Notes under the pieces: model-generated | Database searches by the model: none | Seen by the model: only the letters and a program-made list of their open reading frames with translations | Told to the model about the DNA's origin: nothing | Shown: piece after piece, positions 57,901-64,000 of the stretch | How positions within the stretch are numbered: the stretch's first letter is position 1 | How the letters are laid out: every line of letters begins with the position of its first letter | Program-made: the position numbers and the translations under genes | NCBI GenBank assembly: GCA_900548215.1 | Contig: URJI01000003.1 | Span: 3,767 to 67,766 of the forward strand | DNA length: 64,000 nucleotides | From: an uncultured Coprococcus sp. | GTDB lineage: Bacteria > Bacillota > Clostridia > Lachnospirales > Lachnospiraceae | Direction: 5' to 3'

Positions 57901-58631
57901 CTCGATGTCCAACTTAACGTCTTTCTGGTTGCCGATGCAGGAGCGACAGTAGCTGTAAGAGTTTTACTGCTTCCCTCTGTGATAGTGAGTGTTGCCGCTG
58001 AAAGCTTGATAGAAGTAACTGGCTGTTTTACTGTAATCTTACATCTTGCATATTTACCACTTCCATCCATAGCCTTCGCAGTTATATATACTGTTCCAAC
58101 CCTAACTGCTTTTACAACACCTTTCGAGGAAACTGTTGCTATTCTTTTATTTGATGATGACCACAGAATTCTCTTATATGTGGCTTTCTTTGGAGCAATT
58201 GAAGCTTTTAACGTCCTGCTGGTTCCTTTAAACATATTCACAGCCTTTGCAGACAATGTAACAGTCTTCGTAGGAACCCCAACATAAACAATAAACTTGT
58301 ACATTACCCTTGGGTTTGCAGCACTCTTTACTGCTACAACCGCTTTTCCTGATCTTACCGCTTTGACAACACCCTTGTTGTCAACTGTAACTATCTTCTT
58401 ATTTGATGATACATATGTTACTTTTTTACTGATCTTGCCTGTAACTACAACTCTAGGTTTCACCTGAAACTTTGTACCCTTTTTTAGTACAAGTTTATTT
58501 GTGACAAGATTTGTCACGGTTACAGACTTTACCGCAGCTTTTGATGTTGCAGCGCTAACATCTGATGGACACAGAGTGATCAACATGCAAACTACAAGCA
58601 TCATAGCCACAAGCTGTTTTAACCTTCTCAT
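54996..58631 (-). CDS. Secreted GH16 beta-glucanase (laminarinase/lichenase type) with three Big_2 domains and four CBM4/9-like modules
   Basis: WPRCGEIDVME catalytic motif; WxSSNKxIATVSxKGVVKA Ig-like repeats; NG(D/E)F...W...IQLxQ CBM4-like repeats; signal peptide from ATG 58631. Confidence 0.92.
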   Translation of the reverse strand: MRRLKQLVAMMLVVCMLITLCPSDVSAATSKAAVKSVTVTNLVTNKLVLKKGTKFQVKPRVVVTGKISKKVTYVSSNKKIVTVDNKGVVKAVRSGKAVVAVKSAANPRVMYKFIVYVGVPTKTVTLSAKAVNMFKGTSRTLKASIAPKKATYKRILWSSSNKRIATVSSKGVVKAVRVGTVYITAKAMDGSGKYARCKITVKQPVTSIKLSAATLTITEGSSKTLTATVAPASATRKTLSWTSSNKKIATVSAKGVVKAIAPGTATITAKAADGSGKKATCKVTVKKKVTVENKYESQGYKLLWHDEFGGTELNRDIWNVELHEPGWVNNELQSYVDSEDNIKVKNGKLIISSKKKVNEDGSISYTSGRVNTQNKQDFKYGRVQFRAKVPTGKGYLPAAWMMPTNESLYGQWPRCGEIDVMEVLGDNTYTTYGTIHYGNPHSESQGKYTLSNGKSFADSYHVFTCDWEPGKITWYVDGVKMHEANDWYSTTAGKGTVTYPAPFDQPFYVILNLAVGGNWPGNPDADADYINSESLYVDYVRVYQKESYDENVTKPEREVIIRDPDENGNYVINGDFSETEDLGDAENWIFMAQNGGEGTAVIENNTININTVDAGTVDYSIQLVQPDIPVEKGATYKLSFDAWADEARTGIIDVSAPTRSWGRYLKDTKFDMTTEKQTFEYEYTMTDSSDDKGRIEFNFGNQGSVAGVHIANVKLVKTNQTEIVDKKTILADGNLVYNGEFQEGTGRLGYWTVSNNCGAEYKVTGLSDGRRFSYKSLDESIDGSFVLSQDELAYAPNTKYILKFDAETATEGKNIIITTGDSKFAVTLDKGIKNYVYKFETGEEVTDSSISIDFGNSGEVLLDNVKIMQDSLLLNGDFSADFAGYDVYIDSSADAESVVDSQKEDNAADFTIKNSGDQNWKIQLKQNNIKLEKGQWYKLSFDIKSSVSRTVQYAIQRDGSTHKDSTGAEDWTPYVQETVKLDAYDQADQKYVTVSNTFQMACDTDEESIFNIALGAGGENGSAITDQHRICIDNITLEKTSAPEIDVPVGKNLITNSEFEMSEDGSLAGWENAVTAPGDATFEAGDGKITYSVANVGEADWNIQLKQMGLSLEQGESYTLKCTLFSDVDRVVKVAVMTPSAGYAWHGGEDVVLTAGEAKDITLTITPKEEVFTDGITVDTGAGLFFSMGYVEGYTLGAHTVSISNVSFVKN

Positions 58632-58824
58632 AAAATACTCCTCTCCAAAAATAAAATGATAATATTCACGACGTCGCATCTTTATAAAGTACTTTGATAA
58701 TAACATCTTACACATTTGTTATATATCTTTTTATTGCTTTTTATATCGTTTACATGATATATTATAGGGGGATTAATTGAAATATTCACCCAGGCACAAT
58801 CCACCGGAAAGGATTTATACACAT

Positions 58825-59583
58825 ATGAAATACTCAAAGGAAATATTCTACCAGGAATTTATAAGACGCGAAGATTCAACCAACAGAGCGCCCTATAATC
58901 CTGAACTTGAATTCTACTCAATAATACAAAACGGAGATACAGAACAGGTTAAAGAATTGTGTAAAGCCTCACCACTTAAGGATAAAAAAGGACTTGGTAT
59001 ATTATCCGAAAATCCCGTCAACAACATAAGATATCATTTCGTTATAACAACAGCTCTTGTTGCAAGATACTGTATTGAAGGTGGTCTTGATGTGGCAACA
59101 GCTTACAATCTCAGTGATTTTTATATAAAAAAGTCAGATACAATGAAGTCTGTGGAGGATATATCTGAATTACATGCGTTCATGTGCATAGACTATGCAA
59201 AAAAGATGCGAAACCTTAAGAAAAATTTCATATGCTCCAAACCGGTCGCAGAATGCATAGACTACATATACGATCATCTGCATACCAGGATCACTGTTGA
59301 GATTCTGGCTAAACGTGTCAATCTCACCCCGTCATACCTGTCAAGACTGTTCAAAAAAGAGACTGGGGATAATATCGGACATTATATAAAAATGCTAAAA
59401 CTTGATACTGCAAGGAACATGCTCATGTACTCTGATTATAGCCCTGCCCAGATAGCACAGACTCTCGCATTTCCAAGTCAGAGTTATTTTACCGAACAAT
59501 TCAAATTACATACTGGTCTAACACCTGCGAACTATAGAAATATAAATTTCAGGCAAACCCCATTTCATAAAAACAATACTTAG
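58825..59583 (+). CDS. AraC family transcriptional regulator, divergent from the GH16 gene
   Basis: C-terminal LTPSYLSRLFKKETG...FPSQSYFTEQFKLHTGLTPANYR. Confidence 0.93.
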   Translation: MKYSKEIFYQEFIRREDSTNRAPYNPELEFYSIIQNGDTEQVKELCKASPLKDKKGLGILSENPVNNIRYHFVITTALVARYCIEGGLDVATAYNLSDFYIKKSDTMKSVEDISELHAFMCIDYAKKMRNLKKNFICSKPVAECIDYIYDHLHTRITVEILAKRVNLTPSYLSRLFKKETGDNIGHYIKMLKLDTARNMLMYSDYSPAQIAQTLAFPSQSYFTEQFKLHTGLTPANYRNINFRQTPFHKNNT

Positions 59584-59621
59584 TTCCTGAAATATACCAC
59601 CTTGTTTTTCTAAGCGTAAAC

Positions 59622-59662
59622 AAAAGGGATTACCTTGTGATAAAACACTTGATAATCCCTTC
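59622..59662. terminator. Hairpin between convergent araC and tpiA
   Basis: AAGGGATTA / TAATCCCTT arms. Confidence 0.6.
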
Positions 59663-59717
59663 CAATATTCTATATCAGATTTATTCTAAAACTAATATAA
59701 TTTTAGCCTGTTTAAAA

Positions 59718-60470
59718 TTACTTTCCAGCATTTACAACCTGACCGAAGTCAGCCTTGAGTGAAGCACCGCCGATAAGACCACCGTCGATGTCTGGCTTTG
59801 CAAGGAGCTCAGCAGCGTTACCAGCGTTCATAGAACCGCCGTACTGAATTCTTACTGCCTCAGCTGTATCTGTATCGTAGATCTCAGCGATGAGATCACG
59901 GATTCCCTTACATACTTCCTGTGCCTGATCTGATGTAGCTGTCTTACCTGTTCCGATAGCCCAGATTGGCTCGTAAGCGATAACCATTGACTTAACCTGA
60001 TCTGCTGTTACGCCAGCGAGGTCTGACTTGATCTGGAGACGGATCCAGTCCATAGTAACACCGAGCTCTCTCTGCTCAAGTGACTCACCACAGCAAAGAA
60101 TAGGTGTGATACCAGCCTCAAATGCCTTCTTAACCTTCTTGTTGAGAAGAACATCATCCTCCTTGAAGTAATCACGACGCTCTGAATGTCCGATGATAAC
60201 ATACTTAACACCAGCATCTACAAGCATTGCTGCTGAGATCTCACCTGTGTAAGCTCCGCTCTCCTCGAAGTACATATTCTCTGCACCTACAGCTACGTTT
60301 GTTCCCTTTGTTGCCTCAACAACAGGTACGATATCGATAGCTGGTACACAGTATACTACATCTACGTCATCATTCTTTACTAAGTCCTTTAACAGGTTTA
60401 CAAGTTCAACAGCCTCGCTAGGAGTCTTGTTCATCTTCCAGTTACCTGCAATAATCTTCTTTCTTGCCAT
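59718..60470 (-). CDS. tpiA: Triosephosphate isomerase
   Basis: [23 protein letters not shown] and GGASL motifs. Confidence 0.98.
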   Translation of the reverse strand: MARKKIIAGNWKMNKTPSEAVELVNLLKDLVKNDDVDVVYCVPAIDIVPVVEATKGTNVAVGAENMYFEESGAYTGEISAAMLVDAGVKYVIIGHSERRDYFKEDDVLLNKKVKKAFEAGITPILCCGESLEQRELGVTMDWIRLQIKSDLAGVTADQVKSMVIAYEPIWAIGTGKTATSDQAQEVCKGIRDLIAEIYDTDTAEAVRIQYGGSMNAGNAAELLAKPDIDGGLIGGASLKADFGQVVNAGK

Positions 60471-60574
60471 TGCAATCTACCTCTTATATTGTATTTTTTT
60501 TGATGAATGCCGGACATATATGAGACTCTGCCGGCATCCACCGTTATAATCTTTATATCTATACGATATATAAA

Positions 60575-61789
60575 TTACTTGTCGTTAGCTGCTGCTACGC
60601 CTGGAAGCTCCTTGCCCTCAAGGAACTCAAGTGAAGCTCCACCACCTGTTGAGATGTGGCTCATCTTTGAACCGTAACCAAGCTGGTTTACAGCTGCTGC
60701 TGAATCTCCACCACCGATGATAGTTGTAGCGTCTGTGTCAGCAAGTGCTGCTGCAACTGCCTTTGTACCAGCTGCAAGTACAGGGTTCTCGAATACACCC
60801 ATAGGTCCATTCCAAACAACTGTCTTAGCTGTCTTAACTGCGTCTGAGTAAAGCTTGATAGTCTTAGGTCCGATATCACAGCCTTCCTTGTCTGCAGGCA
60901 TCTTGTCAGCGTCAAATATCTCTGTCTTGATGCTTGGATCGTCGATAGGGTTAGGGAAATCCTCGATCATAACTGTATCAACTGGAAGAAGAAGCTTCTT
61001 GCCAAGGCTCTCTGCCTTTGCCATCATCTCCTTGCAGTAATCGATCTTGGAATCGTCTACAAGTGACTTACCGATCTCATATCCCTTAGCCTTAAGGAAT
61101 GTATAAGCCATACCACCACCGATGATAAGTGTATCGCACTTCTCAAGAAGGTTTGAAATAACGTTCAGCTTGTCAGCAACCTTAGCGCCACCGAGGATAG
61201 CTACAAATGGTCTAACTGGGTTCTCTACTGCATTGCCAAGGAAGTCAATCTCCTTCTGCATTAAGTAACCAACTACTGCTGTGTCAACAAGTCCAGCAAC
61301 ACCAACGTTTGAGCAGTGAGCTCTGTGAGCTGTTCCGAATGCATCATTTACAAATACATCACAGATGCTTGCAAGATCCTTAGAGAAAGCCTCTCCGTTC
61401 TTTGTCTCCTCAGCTCTGAAACGAGTATTCTCAAGAAGGATAACCTCTCCGTCCTTCATAGCGTCAACTGCAGCCTTAACTGTGTCATCAACAACCTCAA
61501 GGCTTGGTACGAACTTAACTTCCTGTCCAAGGAGCTCTGTAAGTCTCTTAGCAACTGGTGCAAGAGTCTTAGTCTGCTTGTCTTCCTCAGTCTTAACCTT
61601 TCCAAGGTGTGAACAAAGGATAACCTTTCCACCGTCAGCGATAAGCTTCTTGATTGTTGGAAGAGCTGCAACAAGTCTGTTCTCGTCTGTAATCTCTCCG
61701 TTCTTTAATGGTACATTGAAGTCGCATCTGCAAAGCACGCGCTTGCCCTTAACATTGATATCATCTACTGATTTCTTGTTTAATGACAT
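60575..61789 (-). CDS. pgk: Phosphoglycerate kinase
   Basis: [25 protein letters not shown] and [11 protein letters not shown] motifs. Confidence 0.98.
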   Translation of the reverse strand: MSLNKKSVDDINVKGKRVLCRCDFNVPLKNGEITDENRLVAALPTIKKLIADGGKVILCSHLGKVKTEEDKQTKTLAPVAKRLTELLGQEVKFVPSLEVVDDTVKAAVDAMKDGEVILLENTRFRAEETKNGEAFSKDLASICDVFVNDAFGTAHRAHCSNVGVAGLVDTAVVGYLMQKEIDFLGNAVENPVRPFVAILGGAKVADKLNVISNLLEKCDTLIIGGGMAYTFLKAKGYEIGKSLVDDSKIDYCKEMMAKAESLGKKLLLPVDTVMIEDFPNPIDDPSIKTEIFDADKMPADKEGCDIGPKTIKLYSDAVKTAKTVVWNGPMGVFENPVLAAGTKAVAAALADTDATTIIGGGDSAAAVNQLGYGSKMSHISTGGGASLEFLEGKELPGVAAANDK

Positions 61790-61903
61790 TTCTAATTCCT
61801 CCTAAATAATGTTATAGAACAGAAAACTATAAGTTGTCCTCTGCCCAGCTACCTACCCGCTCTTATGCGGGAACATAGAAACGCATAATTGCTTTCTACG
61901 AAG

Positions 61904-61938
61904 AAAAAAGGGCCCGGTCCTTGGAGACCGGACCCTCT
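61904..61938 (-). terminator. Terminator after gap
   Basis: AGGG-CCGGTC / GACCGG-CCCT stem plus T-run on the minus strand. Confidence 0.75.
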
Positions 61939-62003
61939 ATTAGGTCTAATAAATACTTTTAAATGAGCTTACATTATAAAAGCTAATTATAGCTTGAAAT
62001 AAC

Positions 62004-63041
62004 TTATGCTAACTCTGCGAAGTACTTGATTGTTCTAACCATCTGGCTTGTGTATGAGTTCTCATTGTCATACCATGAAACAACCTGAACCTCATATAAA
62101 TCATCAGCGATCTTTGATACCATTGTCTGAGTTGAATCAAATAATGAACCATATCTCATACCGATAACATCTGATGAAACGATTGGATCTGTGTTGTAAC
62201 CAAATGACTCTGAAGCAGCAGCCTTCATTGCAGCGTTGATTCCATCAACTGTTACATCAGCACCCTTAACAACTGCTGTAAGGATTGTTGTTGAACCTGT
62301 TGGAACTGGAACTCTCTGAGCTGATCCGATAAGCTTGCCATTTAACTCTGGGATAACAAGACCGATAGCCTTAGCAGCACCTGTTGAGTTAGGAACGATA
62401 TTAGCAGCACCTGCTCTAGCTCTTCTTAAATCGCCCTTTCTGTGTGGTCCGTCAAGTATCATCTGATCGCCTGTGTAAGCGTGGATTGTTGACATGATAC
62501 CAGACTGGATTGGAGCATAGTCATTAAGAGCCTTAGCCATTGGTGCAAGACAGTTAGTTGTACATGAAGCTGCTGAGATGATCTGATCATCAGCTGTTAA
62601 TGTATCCTGGTTAACTGAGAATACGATAGTCTTAAGATCATTACCAGCTGGAGCTGAGATAACAACCTTCTTAGCACCTGCGTTGATATGAGCCATTGAC
62701 TTCTCCTTTGAGCAGTAGAAACCAGTACACTCAAGAACTACATCAACACCGATCTTACCCCAAGGAAGGTTGTTTGCATCTGCCTCCTTGTAGATTGTAA
62801 GAGTCTTACCATCAACTGTGATTGTGTTAGCCTCATCATCAGCTGAAACTGTGTGAAGGTTCTCACCGATCTTGCCACAGTATCCACCCTGTGCTGTATC
62901 GTACTTGAGAAGATCTGCAAGCATTGAAGGCTTTGTTAAATCGTTGATTGCAACAACTTCATAACCCTCTGCACCGAACATCTGTCTGAATGCAAGACGA
63001 CCAATACGTCCAAAACCGTTAATTGCTACTTTTACTGCCAT
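62004..63041 (-). CDS. gap: Type I glyceraldehyde-3-phosphate dehydrogenase
   Basis: [17 protein letters not shown] and SWYDNE motifs. Confidence 0.98.
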   Translation of the reverse strand: MAVKVAINGFGRIGRLAFRQMFGAEGYEVVAINDLTKPSMLADLLKYDTAQGGYCGKIGENLHTVSADDEANTITVDGKTLTIYKEADANNLPWGKIGVDVVLECTGFYCSKEKSMAHINAGAKKVVISAPAGNDLKTIVFSVNQDTLTADDQIISAASCTTNCLAPMAKALNDYAPIQSGIMSTIHAYTGDQMILDGPHRKGDLRRARAGAANIVPNSTGAAKAIGLVIPELNGKLIGSAQRVPVPTGSTTILTAVVKGADVTVDGINAAMKAAASESFGYNTDPIVSSDVIGMRYGSLFDSTQTMVSKIADDLYEVQVVSWYDNENSYTSQMVRTIKYFAELA

Positions 63042-63137
63042 TTTTTATTCCTCCTAGGTTTTTGAAATATAATAAAAGTATTTATCAATCTGCCACGCAG
63101 GAACGTGGCAAATAAATCGTGTTAAATACACAAGCTA

Positions 63138-63166
63138 ATCATACATTCTTTGGCTATAAATTTCAA
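63138..63166 (-). promoter_or_regulatory. sigmaA promoter of gap
   Basis: Minus strand TTGAAA-N17-TATGAT. Confidence 0.6.
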
Positions 63167-63335
63167 GCCTTAATCTCATTTTTTTAGTTACCATTTATCC
63201 AAAATACACAAAGTCATTATTACAAATTATACTAATAAATAATAAAATATATCGATACATAACACCATCCTAAGCATGTAATTATTATATATACAGCGCA
63301 CTTCAGCTTATATTTACATAATGCATTCTCTGCAG

Positions 63336-63410
63336 GACATATTCTGTATATAGCATATTCTGTATATAGCATATTCGGTACATAGGCACTTTCTGTACAC
63401 AGCATATTCT
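63336..63410. repeat. Degenerate 16-bp tandem repeat (AGCATATTCTGTATAT), about 4.5 copies
   Basis: Units start at 63336, 63352, 63368, 63384 and 63401. Confidence 0.85.
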
Positions 63411-63475
63411 CCATGAACTGTCTTCAGCATGAAAATACGCTATATGTGATTCTTCACCTTTATGAATCAATCCGA

Positions 63476-63543
63476 GTTACAGTCAGTGAGAATCTATAGC
63501 ATTGTTACAATCAGTGAGAATCTATAGCATTTTCACTGATTGT
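63476..63543. repeat. 28-bp tandem duplication with an overlapping 11-bp inverted repeat
   Basis: GTTACA(G/A)TCAGTGAGAATCTATAGCATT at 63476 and 63504; ACAATCAGTGA (63507-63517) pairs with TCACTGATTGT (63533-63543). Confidence 0.9.
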
Positions 63544-63746
63544 GATATTTGCAAATTTAAAAGTACAACTTTTTATCTTTTTTCTTGAAATCGCCTAAAA
63601 AGTTAAAATCATCCTAATAATTATCACTTTCAGCTCTTTTTTATTGAAAAAGATAAAATTTTATATATTACAATCACAATCAAGACAAAAAAGACAAAAA
63701 CTCAACGTTATCAATATATTTAGATCAGGCCATACCACCGAGTCCC

Positions 63747-63920
63747 AGCTTGATAATGATAAAATACATAGTTCAATTATGAGATATAAAGCTCGATAAT
63801 AATAAATCGCATAATCCACTAACAAGATATCCAGCTCGATAATAATAAATCACATAATCCACTAACAAGATATCCAACTCGATAATAATAAAAAGCTAGT
63901 CCAATTATGATATATCCGGA
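63747..63920. repeat. 43-bp tandem repeat, two near-identical and two degenerate copies
   Basis: AGCTCGATAATAATAAATC(G/A)CATAATCCACTAACAAGATATCC at 63790 and 63833; diverged copies at 63747 and 63876. Confidence 0.9.
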
Positions 63921-64000
63921 TCAATAAGAATGAATCTTTCAGTACAATAATAACAAGTTTCCTCAATATCCATATTTCATATATTTTTTCACGTTCTCTA

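Noticed and set aside
63232..63414. 60-aa ORF upstream of gap
   Set aside because: Largely a translation of the 16-bp repeat, with no convincing RBS or protein features.
63747..63920. CRISPR array
   Set aside because: Whole units are duplicated; there are no unique spacers.

Overview
A 64-kb chromosomal window of a spore-forming, low-GC Firmicute. Gene content and order suggest a Lachnospiraceae, possibly Coprococcus-like (inference). Almost all genes are on the minus strand. Read right to left, it holds gap-pgk-tpiA, an AraC/GH16 beta-glucanase pair, xth, gpmI, mscL, thiM-thiE-(HAD-thiD), yfhO, secG-rnr-smpB, tmRNA, rplS-lepB-ylqF-lepB-rnhB-yraN-pgeF-DUF512-der-plsY-gpsA, a 3593-aa CnaB/SpaA sortase-anchored adhesin, and spoIVA-scpA-scpB-dac-spoVFA-spoVFB. 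The left 14 kb is accessory. It contains a tripartite hipBST-like toxin-antitoxin operon under a phased four-operator array, a TetR gene followed by a 1771-aa surface protein, asnB, an internally deleted Rpn nuclease gene that keeps its RpnS-like internal ORF, a MATE pump, a double GNAT, and an XRE-AAA-ATPase fusion that the ORF track missed. The operators of that fusion resemble the hip operators. Other non-coding candidates are a structured RNA between mscL and thiM, a three-way-junction leader on gpmI, a REP-like palindrome, and three unrelated tandem-repeat blocks upstream of gap. I saw no CRISPR array, integrase, reverse transcriptase or intact transposase. All calls come from reading motifs by eye; no searches were run.
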